DNA from: Escherichia phage vB_EcoM-Pr121LW
Sequence record: MH752840.1
DNA length: 64,000 nucleotides
Reading direction: 5' to 3' (one strand)
The notes below the pieces were generated by a model. That model was not told where the DNA came from, did no database searches, and worked only from the letters and a program-made list of their open reading frames with translations. Every line of letters begins with the position of its first letter. Position 1 is the stretch's first letter. The position numbers were made by a program, and so were the translations under genes. Positions 9,843-19,366 of this stretch are shown piece after piece.

Positions 9843-10186
9843 TGAGCCTCCTTCTGCTGTAACAGCATTAACTCTTTGTTAGAGATCTTTACTGCTGTTT
9901 TTATTGTTCCATCTTCACGGAACCACGACCAGAACTCTACAGTGTCACCACTATCAAGCAAAGCATGCCCATGGTAAAAATCTTTGTCCTTAGACAGTTT
10001 CTCATCTATATCTGCATCAACACATTCGTGATCCATAGCGTTTTGCCTGAACGCATCGGTTATGCCAATACACGCCTTGCTCTCAAGACTGGTATATCCG
10101 ATATCTTTTAATTCAGTTTCCCAAACCCAGTACCCTATAAAAGCCACAACAGCTACCCACATTAATATCGATTTAATCTTTGGCAT
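9839..10186 (-). CDS. hypothetical membrane-anchored protein
   Basis: N-terminal TM/signal segment ILMWVAVVAFIGYWVW. Confidence 0.35.
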   Translation of the reverse strand: MPKIKSILMWVAVVAFIGYWVWETELKDIGYTSLESKACIGITDAFRQNAMDHECVDADIDEKLSKDKDFYHGHALLDSGDTVEFWSWFREDGTIKTAVKISNKELMLLQQKEAQ

Positions 10187-10246
10187 TCTCTCTACCTCTT
10201 TCTTAGTTTATTTAGTTATGGCACATCCTTTGTGCCTTATTGTGCA

Positions 10247-10708
10247 CTACTTAAACAACAGTTCAAGATAGTGCAAAATTAACAGAAGTTGAATTACGCC
10301 CAGCACAACGGCAAGTATGTTAATCTTAGAATCAAAAAACTTCTTAACTTTTACCCTAAAAGGTTCCTTAATGTCCTTTACGATCCTATCTATAGATGAC
10401 CTCATATCTCTGATTACCATCCTGAACATTAAAGACGGATGCTCCCTCTCTGTAACGGAATCGAAAACATACTCTCTTCGGTCATAAGGGCCGCCAGCTC
10501 TGCGTATTAACCTCTCCACAGATACCTCGAACGTCACACCTGTAACGTAATCATCTATAACAAGTAGTGACGGGTCTTTACTGTCAAGAGGCACCAAAGT
10601 TATCTTTCCAGATTTTGTTAAAATTTCTCCTTTTTCAAGCAAGGTATACCAATGCTCTCTGCCAAGGCTATTGAGGCACGTTTTTACATATTTAACAAAC
10701 ATCGTCAC
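10247..10708 (-). CDS. hypothetical protein (C-terminal TM helix)
   Basis: ORF; hydrophobic C-terminus. Confidence 0.35.
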   Translation of the reverse strand: MTMFVKYVKTCLNSLGREHWYTLLEKGEILTKSGKITLVPLDSKDPSLLVIDDYVTGVTFEVSVERLIRRAGGPYDRREYVFDSVTEREHPSLMFRMVIRDMRSSIDRIVKDIKEPFRVKVKKFFDSKINILAVVLGVIQLLLILHYLELLFK

Positions 10709-10908
10709 CCCTCATCGCACGTCTGATATAACCACTCTATAAAATCTTGATACCATTCACCCTCTGAGCGCTCCGTAGGCCAATAATCTTCACCCTCTCG
10801 TGCATTAAAATCTGAGTATTCAACTTTCCACTCCTTTACCAGCTCGTGGAGAAGGTTTTCAGCCTGCTCTAAAGATTTATTTTTTACCATTGCTGTCTCC
10901 TTTTTCAA
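10705..10908 (-). CDS. hypothetical small protein
   Basis: ORF. Confidence 0.3.
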   Translation of the reverse strand: MKKETAMVKNKSLEQAENLLHELVKEWKVEYSDFNAREGEDYWPTERSEGEWYQDFIEWLYQTCDEG

Positions 10909-11109
10909 GATAGTTATACATCAGAACTGCACCACCTAAGATGGTTACCAGTAACAATACCCCAGATAGCATTTCAATAAACATGGCTTGAAACACCGGA
11001 AGATCTCCCTAAATTAATGCACCATTTTAAATACATGCTCTTTTCCCATAAAGGTGCCCGGCTAAGATCTGCGTAGAACGCAATCTCTTTAAGAACAGTA
11101 TAAACAGTT

Positions 11110-11346
11110 TTAGGTGCAGTCTCCATTCCTGCTCTCCTTTTTCTCCTTACGGGTATTCTTGTAGTAATCCACCAGGCACATTATCACTATGAAGATAACA
11201 ACAGGCCAAAAAGGTGCAGCAGTGATGATAGTGATAAAATCATCAAACTTCACCCTTCGTGTGGACACGATGCATACACCTGCCAAGAATACTGCCGTTA
11301 TAACGGCTATTACCAGGTAGCCTATTAGCACAACATCTATACTCAT
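11110..11346 (-). CDS. small membrane protein with two predicted TM helices
   Basis: Two hydrophobic segments then a basic tail. Confidence 0.35.
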   Translation of the reverse strand: MSIDVVLIGYLVIAVITAVFLAGVCIVSTRRVKFDDFITIITAAPFWPVVIFIVIMCLVDYYKNTRKEKKESRNGDCT

Positions 11347-11376
11347 TAGTCCTCCCTTTGTAGGTTAAATTATATA

Positions 11377-11910
11377 CTACAGATGGTTGCTGATGGTGTC
11401 AAGAAAATTATCTCGTTCTTTCTTGGAGTTTTCACTGGTGTAGTTGAAAAACATATCTAGAATAACCTTATTGATATATTCCAGCTCCTCTGTGTTCAGG
11501 TACTTAGCAGGATCTACAATGACATCCCAAGTCTCATACAGACCACACTCATGATACCCCCAACGCTGCTCAATTGTCAAGCTGATCGGCAAAGCTTTAC
11601 CGTCACAAACAACCTTCCATCTGCAAATGCTGGTATCTGGGCGTACCTGTGCACGGTATACCTGCACAAAATCCAATTTGAATTTGAGATACTCGTCATA
11701 CAATTTAAGTACAAAGCTCTCGATTTGTGGAGACACTTTTGCAGCAAACTGTGCGTATTTGTACTTGCACTGGATAATCTTTCTGCGTTTCGCAGTTAAA
11801 TTTTTTGCAGCCAGTTGTTCTTCAGTATATCTCCATCTACGATCAACAAACGCAACAGGGTCTTTGTCCCCATAGAGGTCTTCCCAGTTAATCAGAAGCA
11901 TACCTGTCAC
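11377..11910 (-). CDS. hypothetical protein
   Basis: ORF. Confidence 0.4.
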   Translation of the reverse strand: MTGMLLINWEDLYGDKDPVAFVDRRWRYTEEQLAAKNLTAKRRKIIQCKYKYAQFAAKVSPQIESFVLKLYDEYLKFKLDFVQVYRAQVRPDTSICRWKVVCDGKALPISLTIEQRWGYHECGLYETWDVIVDPAKYLNTEELEYINKVILDMFFNYTSENSKKERDNFLDTISNHL

Positions 11911-12140
11911 TCCTCCACAACTTCAAGGCCTTTACCGCCTCGCTCTGGCAGATTACTTAAAGATAGGTAATACATATAATCAGGAGAGATCCTGCCAGAC
12001 TCTGCACCTGCAGCTAGTAAATCCTTCCCTTTAACCAGGACAACATTATCGTTTGCAGATAGTCGTTTTGCTTCCACAATTTTACCAACGCAGTCAACCA
12101 AGGAAGGGTACCCTAAATCTGTAAGAAATTTAACTTTCAT
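11907..12140 (-). CDS. small protein, paralog family B (start at MKVKF; track ORF to 12161)
   Basis: MKVKFLTD...DLLAAGA. Confidence 0.4.
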   Translation of the reverse strand: MKVKFLTDLGYPSLVDCVGKIVEAKRLSANDNVVLVKGKDLLAAGAESGRISPDYMYYLSLSNLPERGGKGLEVVEE

Positions 12141-12179
12141 GCTACCTCCTACTTCTACCATCCCTGGTAAGATAAATTA

Positions 12180-12578
12180 TTACTGAACAGAGCGCGGAGC
12201 TGGGAAGGATAACTCTTCTAAAGAGAAGATTTCATTCCCCACAATCCATGTTGCAGGATCATCTGGGTTGACTGGATAGATAATCATCACCTCGTCAGTG
12301 TTACATACCCGCTTTTTACCTGTGGAGTCATCAGCAACCAGCATGCGCGGTTCTTCAGAAATGCACAGGTAGCCTCCTCGGCCCACTGTTCCTTCCACGG
12401 GATCCTGCCCTTTGACCACAATGAATACCTTCTCTCCTGTGGAGATATTACTTTTCACACTAACAGTTTGACCAACTTTAGATGTACCGATCTTGGTGGC
12501 TTCAAACATTAAATCCCGAATTACTGTTGCATAGTTGCCGGACACTTTCTTACCTTCTTTAGTAATCTCAATCTTCAT
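12180..12578 (-). CDS. hypothetical protein
   Basis: ORF; MKIEITKEG N-terminus. Confidence 0.4.
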   Translation of the reverse strand: MKIEITKEGKKVSGNYATVIRDLMFEATKIGTSKVGQTVSVKSNISTGEKVFIVVKGQDPVEGTVGRGGYLCISEEPRMLVADDSTGKKRVCNTDEVMIIYPVNPDDPATWIVGNEIFSLEELSFPAPRSVQ

Positions 12579-12850
12579 AATCTAGGCTCCTTAAATGAAT
12601 CTATGTAATCAATTAAATCCCAAGCATCGCGATGGGCTGTCAGAGGGTATACTTCTCCGAGAGGGATCATAGCAATAAGTCTATCAAAAACCCAGTCTGG
12701 ACGCAACATTTTATGGTGATATTCCCACTCACCTTCCACAGATTTTTTCTGAGTGATCAGGATCTCTGTGTAGTGTTTCGCCTGTCTTGAGTAGATTGAA
12801 AATGACTTGTACATAAATGACCCCCTCTTGTTGAAAACAACAATACACAA
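12575..12850 (-). CDS. hypothetical protein
   Basis: ORF. Confidence 0.35.
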   Translation of the reverse strand: MCIVVFNKRGSFMYKSFSIYSRQAKHYTEILITQKKSVEGEWEYHHKMLRPDWVFDRLIAMIPLGEVYPLTAHRDAWDLIDYIDSFKEPRL

Positions 12851-13135
12851 CTACCAGGTTACTGTCAAGTAGGCAACCGTATTATTTTTCTCTGGGGAGA
12901 TGCCAACAACATCTACCTGCAGACCTCCTGCCCTTAAATCTCCAACAATGTGCGGGAAGTAATCTGAGAGATGCGAGGGTAGATTTATCGAAAATCCGCA
13001 CCCCAGAAAGCCTGCTAACGCTTTATTTTGTATCTCCCCTACAATCGCATCATAAATGGAGTTAAGCTCGTCAGGAAGCGTTACAGGACGTTTTAGCGCT
13101 AACTGGTGTAATTTGTCCTTAGCACTCATTTTCAT
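12851..13135 (-). CDS. hypothetical protein (start at MKMSAKDK)
   Basis: ORF. Confidence 0.3.
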   Translation of the reverse strand: MKMSAKDKLHQLALKRPVTLPDELNSIYDAIVGEIQNKALAGFLGCGFSINLPSHLSDYFPHIVGDLRAGGLQVDVVGISPEKNNTVAYLTVTW

Positions 13136-13665
13136 TTCAGGTCTACCTCTGGAGGTGCCAACCACATAAACGGCGGCAAGTCTAAACGGTTTTTCTTATC
13201 CCACACAAAATATGCATATGCTTGCCCGTCAGTTCTGCCATTTGATTGAAATGATGGACGCTTAGATATTGTGATCACAGTAGTAGGTGCATTATTAAGC
13301 CACCATTCAAATCTGGCTTTGCTTTCCAGAAAATTAAGACGTAAAAGCATAATAACTACGTCAGCATCTTTCAACGCCTTGTCTACGAACTCACGGGCCA
13401 GACTGTATGGTGGGTTGGTGATAATACAGTCAACATGGTTGTATTCTGTATTCAGATAGTCAACACCTTCTTGGATTTCTCCCCATGCAGATCCTAACGG
13501 CATACGGGAGTAGAACACACCTGAGGCACTATTCCTGCAAGGCTCTAAATAGGTCCAGTCCTCTGGGAACGGAATAAGGTCATACAGTCCTTCTGCACAC
13601 CACTCCGGTGTCACATACTCATCGTATGCGTTACGTTGTTCATCAGGTTTTCTAGCACAAGTCAT
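13132..13665 (-). CDS. DNA N6-adenine methyltransferase (small, NPPY class)
   Basis: IITNPPYS catalytic motif with upstream YVTPEW. Confidence 0.6.
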   Translation of the reverse strand: MTCARKPDEQRNAYDEYVTPEWCAEGLYDLIPFPEDWTYLEPCRNSASGVFYSRMPLGSAWGEIQEGVDYLNTEYNHVDCIITNPPYSLAREFVDKALKDADVVIMLLRLNFLESKARFEWWLNNAPTTVITISKRPSFQSNGRTDGQAYAYFVWDKKNRLDLPPFMWLAPPEVDLK

Positions 13666-13680
13666 GCAAATCTCCAGATC

Positions 13681-13703
13681 ATAAAAGCCCTCCGAAGAGG
13701 GCT
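13681..13703 (-). terminator. rho-independent terminator (minus strand) after ClpP-like gene
   Basis: GCCCTC-CGAA-GAGGGC hairpin followed on minus strand by TTTTAT. Confidence 0.55.
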
Positions 13704-13716
13704 TTAGAATTAATGT

Positions 13717-14766
13717 TTAAGCTTCTTCGACAATTCCTGCACCCAGGATTTTTTCATTGAGCTCTTTTGCTGTTTTAATGATATTGTCCATCAGACGCTT
13801 GCGGGTCTTGTCTTTCACCTTAACCTCTTCACCGCCGTTCAGAGTAGTCTTCAATTGAGACAGAATATCCTGAAGTTCGACGACAGAGAATCGCTGCAGA
13901 TCTTCTGAAGTAATTTCACCCAGGGCGATCCGGACGGTCTCACCACTTTCCATCTGCAGATTCAGGAACACAGTGTGAACATCGTCTTTCATACCATTTG
14001 CTTTTGCAGACTCAACAGCATGAACCAGCTCGTCCAGAGATGTGCATTGGTGAATCTCTGGCAGGCCTGCTTCGCCTAGCACACCTTCTTCATCACTTTT
14101 TGCCAAAAGCTTTTTCGGTTTCTGTCCATTCTGAATGCGCTGAATGTTTTCATCGTCCAGAATGATAGCACCAGTTCTAGATGCCAGCTCTTCTCCATCT
14201 AACCACACTTCACCGCCAGCTGTGATGGATGCGATCTCATCTTCTGTCAGCACCCCACCGTAGTATTTTTCGATCAGGCGTTCAAAACGTTTTTTCCAGT
14301 AGCTGACCTGAGTATTCATGTTCACACCGTTACCATAAGTGCCACCTTGATAGTAGTGGAACATAAATTCTGTGTCCGGAGCCACAGTACGTTCTTTGCA
14401 ACCAAGCCATAAGATTGTTCCAGCAGAGCAGCACATCCCTTCAGCATGTGCAACAACGCTTGCCTGAGACTCTCGGAATGCCTGCAGATAAGCCATTGCA
14501 ATGTGCACGCAACCCCCAGGGCTATTGATGATCACCCGAATGCTTTCTTCCGGCTGAGCCATACGGATCGTCTGCAGACGAGACATATGATCTTGTAAGT
14601 CTTCCAAATCGTCGATATAAAGAACGTGGTCAACAACAGGTGTTGGGTAGCTGTATGTTTCCATGATACCGCCCGGCATACCAAACATTTTATTACTCAT
14701 AGGTTCGAAACCGTTCTGTTTTTCTTTCATGCCGTGTACCATGGTGCTGCGAGGTGTTAAATTCAT
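13717..14766 (-). CDS. ClpP-like serine peptidase (S14 family) with ~150-aa C-terminal extension
   Basis: INSPGG oxyanion motif and GMCCSAG serine motif spaced as in ClpP; long acidic helical C-terminus. Confidence 0.6.
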   Translation of the reverse strand: MNLTPRSTMVHGMKEKQNGFEPMSNKMFGMPGGIMETYSYPTPVVDHVLYIDDLEDLQDHMSRLQTIRMAQPEESIRVIINSPGGCVHIAMAYLQAFRESQASVVAHAEGMCCSAGTILWLGCKERTVAPDTEFMFHYYQGGTYGNGVNMNTQVSYWKKRFERLIEKYYGGVLTEDEIASITAGGEVWLDGEELASRTGAIILDDENIQRIQNGQKPKKLLAKSDEEGVLGEAGLPEIHQCTSLDELVHAVESAKANGMKDDVHTVFLNLQMESGETVRIALGEITSEDLQRFSVVELQDILSQLKTTLNGGEEVKVKDKTRKRLMDNIIKTAKELNEKILGAGIVEEA

Positions 14767-14826
14767 GAGAAATCCTTAATATTGGAAGTTGAAAGCTATT
14801 TATTTAAACCTGATTCACATTTACCT

Positions 14827-15138
14827 TTATTTAGCAATCACTAGGGAATACTTACGATTGTCAGAAGCATCACAGCTCAATGATTGCCAGTCTACCACAT
14901 ACCACGTATCATTGTCAACAATTACTTTATCGCCTGTTCTGTAGCAGGTGCTGCTTTCAATAATCCGAGACTCGATAAAGAATCTGTGTCGGCGCTCACG
15001 TAGCAACGCTAAGTTGATTATATTACCACCGCTGTCCTTGATCCACACATTCTTGGATCCTTTATTTGCCAAAATTGTCTCTCCGTTATAGACAAACAGG
15101 CAGTATATTTTATTCAGTCTCTCTTGTATTGTAGCCAT
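14827..15138 (-). CDS. hypothetical protein
   Basis: ORF. Confidence 0.35.
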   Translation of the reverse strand: MATIQERLNKIYCLFVYNGETILANKGSKNVWIKDSGGNIINLALLRERRHRFFIESRIIESSTCYRTGDKVIVDNDTWYVVDWQSLSCDASDNRKYSLVIAK

Positions 15139-15168
15139 ACTATCTCCTTCTCCTTGTCTTGTCCGGTA

Positions 15169-15197
15169 ATAATATCTAAATCTTACCTGTTTGTCAA
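15169..15197 (-). promoter_or_regulatory. sigma70-like promoter (minus strand) TTGACA-17-TATTAT
   Basis: Reverse complement reads TTGACAaacaggtaagatttagaTATTAT upstream of 14827-15138. Confidence 0.45.
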
Positions 15198-15241
15198 CAA
15201 CTGTTTTAGATATCTAAGGGTGGAATAACCACCCTTCTGTA

Positions 15242-16030
15242 TTACTCGGAAACAGGGGTCCAAATATGATTTGCACGATCCTCAATAAGATTGAGTGCAA
15301 TCTGACGACCCAACCCGGAACGAACAACATCGTCTGGACTATCAAAGCTGATCATTCCAACCTCAGGATCTGGATGACGAGTAAAGAAATCCGTCACCCA
15401 TGCAAGGCCAGATTTACCAGGGATGTCACGTTGGCTATTATCGCCCATAATTACAAGGGTGGCCTGATCAGAGATCCTTGTGATAATTGACAACATTTCT
15501 TCAGGGTTAGTTTGCTGTGCCTCGTCAATCAGGACAAAGCATCGCTCATCGAAACTACGACCACGAATGCTTTCAACCTCACAAATCTCGATACGGCTGT
15601 TCTGACCGTCTCCCAGCATTGCGGCAAAAGCACCTTTGCCAACACGACGACAAATCGTGTCCATCATGCTTCGAAGATAGGGCCACAGTTTCTGCATTGC
15701 ATTTCCAGGTTTAAATCCTGAAGTCTTTCCTGTCTGAACGTAAGGACGTGCAACAATGATCTTATCAATCTCGTTCTTACGCAGAAGATCACCTGCATAG
15801 GCAGATGCCATGAATGTCTTACCAGATCCAAACACACCGTTTACAATGATAATCTTACGTGACCCTAGATAATCAAGATACTTTTGCTGCTTCTTATTCA
15901 TTGGTCGGAGAGCTGGAGCGGTGTGCTCTCTTTCGTCAGCAAATTTCTCAGCAGCCTTACGCAGGCGATCAGATTTGCGAGCCTCTCTAGCTTCATCACG
16001 CATGCGTTTTGTTTCTTTAGCTCGACCCAT
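15242..16030 (-). CDS. phoH: PhoH-like ATPase
   Basis: Walker A GVFGSGKTFMA and overall PhoH-like layout; basic N-terminus. Confidence 0.75.
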   Translation of the reverse strand: MGRAKETKRMRDEAREARKSDRLRKAAEKFADEREHTAPALRPMNKKQQKYLDYLGSRKIIIVNGVFGSGKTFMASAYAGDLLRKNEIDKIIVARPYVQTGKTSGFKPGNAMQKLWPYLRSMMDTICRRVGKGAFAAMLGDGQNSRIEICEVESIRGRSFDERCFVLIDEAQQTNPEEMLSIITRISDQATLVIMGDNSQRDIPGKSGLAWVTDFFTRHPDPEVGMISFDSPDDVVRSGLGRQIALNLIEDRANHIWTPVSE

Positions 16031-16067
16031 GTGGGACTCCTTTCAGATTGAGATGTGCCAAGTACTT

Positions 16068-16418
16068 TTACTGCAACAGTTTTTCAATAGCCGCTTCCAT
16101 GCTGCTTGCAACAGCCTGAACTCGGATATTCATCTCTTCTTGGTGGATCAGCTCCTTAAGCTCTTTAATGGTAAATTCTTTAGAGAAACCTTCCACCATA
16201 ATCTTGTGTAAGGCTTCTTGCGTGTCTACTTGCAAGAACTTTTCCAGTTTGTTGGCAGAGGCTTCTAAATCAGCCCGAATACGAGGGTCATCTGTGCGAT
16301 TCAGCATTAGGCGTAAGCCATCAAGATTAGTAGAAATAGCGTCTGCATGTTGAGTAACTAACCGTGGCAAAATGAGATCTACAAACTTATTAGCCAAATC
16401 GATACGTTCTTGTGTCAC
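16068..16418 (-). CDS. hypothetical protein (GTG start)
   Basis: ORF. Confidence 0.35.
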   Translation of the reverse strand: MTQERIDLANKFVDLILPRLVTQHADAISTNLDGLRLMLNRTDDPRIRADLEASANKLEKFLQVDTQEALHKIMVEGFSKEFTIKELKELIHQEEMNIRVQAVASSMEAAIEKLLQ

Positions 16419-16528
16419 TGTTGCACCCCCTCTTCATCCTCATGATGTTTCTTTTCCCGCTTGTGTTTTTTCTTAAGCTCAAGCGCAATTTCTTTTTTGT
16501 ACGCCTTCTTCAAGGCTTTTTTAGCCAT
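16415..16528 (-). CDS. small lysine-rich protein, 37 aa (MAKKALKKAYKKEIALELKKKHKREKKHHEDEEGVQQ)
   Basis: AGGAGG 6 nt upstream of ATG; stop overlaps GTG start of downstream gene (GTGA). Confidence 0.3.
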   Translation of the reverse strand: MAKKALKKAYKKEIALELKKKHKREKKHHEDEEGVQQ

Positions 16529-16592
16529 TTGGCACCTCCTCTGCTTTCATTTTACGATAATTATACCTATCTAAACAAAGCTTTGTCAACAG

Positions 16593-17066
16593 CTAGTCTA
16601 CCTGAACCCAACCGCCTGATACTTTTTTAAACATTCTTTGGTTATCACTGCCTCGGAACGGTTTCTTGGTTGGTAAATCTTTTACATACTTACCGTCAAT
16701 GATGATATCAGCCAGTTTAAGAACATCACTAGAGATATGGTCAAATGTGAACCCAGTATATACAAGAATAGTTTTCTTGTCACCAAATTTTTCCTTAATT
16801 TTCTCCATCAGGCTAATAATATCTGGCTCATTATAGTATGCTAAGGGTTCTCCACCCAGCAGAGAGATACCGCACACAGACGGGTTATCTAAATCTGACA
16901 AGATTTTTTGCAAGTCTTCTTCAGTAAACTCTCTCCCCTTATCTTTTGACCAAAATGCCTGATTAAAGCAACCAGGGCAAGCGTGTGGGCACCCAGATAC
17001 CCATAAGGCAGTTCTAATACCTGGCCCTTCGGTGTAAGATATTTCTGTGTATCCGACAATATTCAT
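16593..17066 (-). CDS. nrdG: anaerobic ribonucleotide reductase activating protein (radical SAM)
   Basis: CPHACPGC cysteine cluster near N-terminus; directly downstream of nrdD. Confidence 0.8.
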   Translation of the reverse strand: MNIVGYTEISYTEGPGIRTALWVSGCPHACPGCFNQAFWSKDKGREFTEEDLQKILSDLDNPSVCGISLLGGEPLAYYNEPDIISLMEKIKEKFGDKKTILVYTGFTFDHISSDVLKLADIIIDGKYVKDLPTKKPFRGSDNQRMFKKVSGGWVQVD

Positions 17067-17179
17067 AGATACTCCGCATCACATTCAGGGCAATGCCAAA
17101 TAAAATCGTCCAGTGCCTTGCACCAACGAAGATTGCAACGACAACCACACTTGCAAATTTTATAAATACCTGTAGACAT
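17063..17179 (-). CDS. small cysteine-rich protein, 38 aa (MSTGIYKICKCGCRCNLRWCKALDDFIWHCPECDAEYL), putative zinc ribbon
   Basis: GGAGG RBS; stop overlaps nrdG ATG (ATGA); 8 Cys in 38 aa; below the track length cut-off. Confidence 0.4.
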   Translation of the reverse strand: MSTGIYKICKCGCRCNLRWCKALDDFIWHCPECDAEYL

Positions 17180-17242
17180 ACTGTACCTCCTAGCTCACTG
17201 TGTGTCAATAATATGCCACATCCTTGTGGCTTTTGTCAAGTA

Positions 17243-19366
17243 TCAGCAACCACAACTTCCGTAGTGCTTAACCCGTTCTATAACTTCCGCTTGCTTACCT
17301 TTATTGTAAGGACGGGAGTTTGGACTAGACAGGTACCCGGATACACGTCTGATCACACTGATCGTTCCCTCTTCATGGTTTCCACACTCTGGGCATACAA
17401 AGCCTTTAGCTGTTGCACTGAACTCACCAGAAAAACCACACTTGAGACATTTATCCACAGGCTGGTTGATACCAAAATACATAATGTGTTTATATCCGAA
17501 ATCAACAAGAGCTTCCAAAGCATCTAAGTTGTTTTTCAGATTTGGTGTCTCTACGTATCCGATGTTGCCACCAGAGGAGATCATAGCAAAACCTTCCTCA
17601 TACTCCCACTTATCAAAAGGAGAGCTATTGATCCATACTGGCTGATGGAAACTGTTGGTGAGATATTCATGCTCGTGCTTCAACACTTCAGGATATTCAC
17701 GATCCAGACAGGTTGCAGCTTTATAGCATAGACTCTCAGAAGGGGTGCCGTACAAGCTAAACGCTAGTCTACTTTCCTTCTTGTATCGCTCACAAACATC
17801 TCTCATGTGCTGGAGTATTCCAAGAGCTAAAGCCTTGTCACCCTCCCTGCCCAAAATCTGACAGGTTTCATACACACCAATATACCCAATACTGATGGAA
17901 GCGTACCCGTCATAGAAGAGTTTATCAATACTCTCTTCAGGATCCAGGCGAGCAAGAGCGCCTTCACACCACATGATTGGGTTCTGCCCTGCCTTTGTTC
18001 CTTTTAGACGGTTAACCCTTACAAGGTGAGCCTCGTATGCAAGATCCAGGTATTCGTCAAGAACTGCAAAGAAATCAACACCTTCCGTTTTAGCTTTTGC
18101 CGCAATCATTGGCAGGTTAAGGCTAACAACGCCTAAGTTAAATCTACCAAGGTATTTCTCCTCGCCTGTTTCCAAGTCATTGTATTTGCTAAGAAAACTC
18201 CGGCAACCCATGCTCGTTACTTTACCATCTGTCGAGCCTGTCACTTTACGATTTAGTGGAACAGAAACAAAGTCAGGATAAATCCGCTCTGCAGAGCATT
18301 CCAGAGCTAATCGTTTCAAATCATAGTTAGGATCTCCAGGGTTCATGTTGACACCCTCTTCTAGGAAGAACAGCACTTTAGGGAACACAGGTGTGATACG
18401 TTCTTCACCAAGACCCATTTTGTGGACTTTCAAGTAGTTTTTGGTAATCATTCTACCAAAGACCGAGGTATCCAGTCCTAAACTTAATGTGATGAATGGA
18501 GTTTGCCCGTTGACAGAGGTTAACGTATTGATTTGATAGAGCAAAGTCTGCATGCTGTCAAATACGTCTTTATCTGTCATTTGCATTGCAACAGTCTCAG
18601 CATCTGGCAACCAATGTTCCTGGCAAAATTTAAGGTTCTTCTCATAGGTTGCTTCAGCATACTGTGCCAGATAATGATCAATATGGCTCATAGTCTGACC
18701 TCCATATTGAGCACTAGCTACTGCACTAGAGATTTGGCTAAGGATTGTTGTTGCAACCCCTATTGACTTCGGCTTACTGACATGGGCGTTGCCAATGTTG
18801 AATCCGTTTTCCAACATATCTGGATAATTTACCAAACAACAGTTTGTTAACGGACTGATCAAGTAGTCAAGATCATGCACATGGATGAAGCCTTTATTGT
18901 GCTCTTCTGAGACACGGTCTGGCAGGATCTGTGTTGATGCAAGGTGTTTGCTAAGGATGCCTGCAAGCAGGTCACGATGAGTGTGTACATGATTGGTAGG
19001 CTTATTTGCGTTTTCTTTTGTAAATTCATCACAAGTGCGATCCAAGAAGCCACTAATATCTGCAAGCAGTTTTCCACCTGCCTCTCTGTTATTATCTCTT
19101 GTCTGCCTATACTGGATGTATTCTCTGGCTGCGCATTTTAAACCCATATCCATAAGAGCGTCTTCAACAAGGATATGGATATTTTTTACAGAGATCGTGC
19201 ACTGGTCGGTTGGTAGATTGTTAGCAACAACTTCATTAACCGCGCAGGCGATCCGGTAAGCTTCTTCTTCAGTATGTCCAGACTCAAGTAAGGCGGACTC
19301 TGCCGCCTTGATCACCTTAATTCCGTTATAGACCTCTTCTCTACCGTCCCGTTTTACAACTTTCAC
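17243..19366 (-). CDS. nrdD: anaerobic ribonucleoside-triphosphate reductase (class III)
   Basis: 707 aa; C-terminal glycyl-radical region RRVSGYL and C-terminal Cys cluster. Confidence 0.9.
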   Translation of the reverse strand: MKVVKRDGREEVYNGIKVIKAAESALLESGHTEEEAYRIACAVNEVVANNLPTDQCTISVKNIHILVEDALMDMGLKCAAREYIQYRQTRDNNREAGGKLLADISGFLDRTCDEFTKENANKPTNHVHTHRDLLAGILSKHLASTQILPDRVSEEHNKGFIHVHDLDYLISPLTNCCLVNYPDMLENGFNIGNAHVSKPKSIGVATTILSQISSAVASAQYGGQTMSHIDHYLAQYAEATYEKNLKFCQEHWLPDAETVAMQMTDKDVFDSMQTLLYQINTLTSVNGQTPFITLSLGLDTSVFGRMITKNYLKVHKMGLGEERITPVFPKVLFFLEEGVNMNPGDPNYDLKRLALECSAERIYPDFVSVPLNRKVTGSTDGKVTSMGCRSFLSKYNDLETGEEKYLGRFNLGVVSLNLPMIAAKAKTEGVDFFAVLDEYLDLAYEAHLVRVNRLKGTKAGQNPIMWCEGALARLDPEESIDKLFYDGYASISIGYIGVYETCQILGREGDKALALGILQHMRDVCERYKKESRLAFSLYGTPSESLCYKAATCLDREYPEVLKHEHEYLTNSFHQPVWINSSPFDKWEYEEGFAMISSGGNIGYVETPNLKNNLDALEALVDFGYKHIMYFGINQPVDKCLKCGFSGEFSATAKGFVCPECGNHEEGTISVIRRVSGYLSSPNSRPYNKGKQAEVIERVKHYGSCGC

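Noticed and set aside
17014-17208. 64-aa minus-strand ORF from the track between nrdD and nrdG
   Set aside because: Different frame from the RBS-preceded 38-aa Cys-rich ORF and overlaps the nrdG start by 52 nt; the shorter coupled ORF is preferred.
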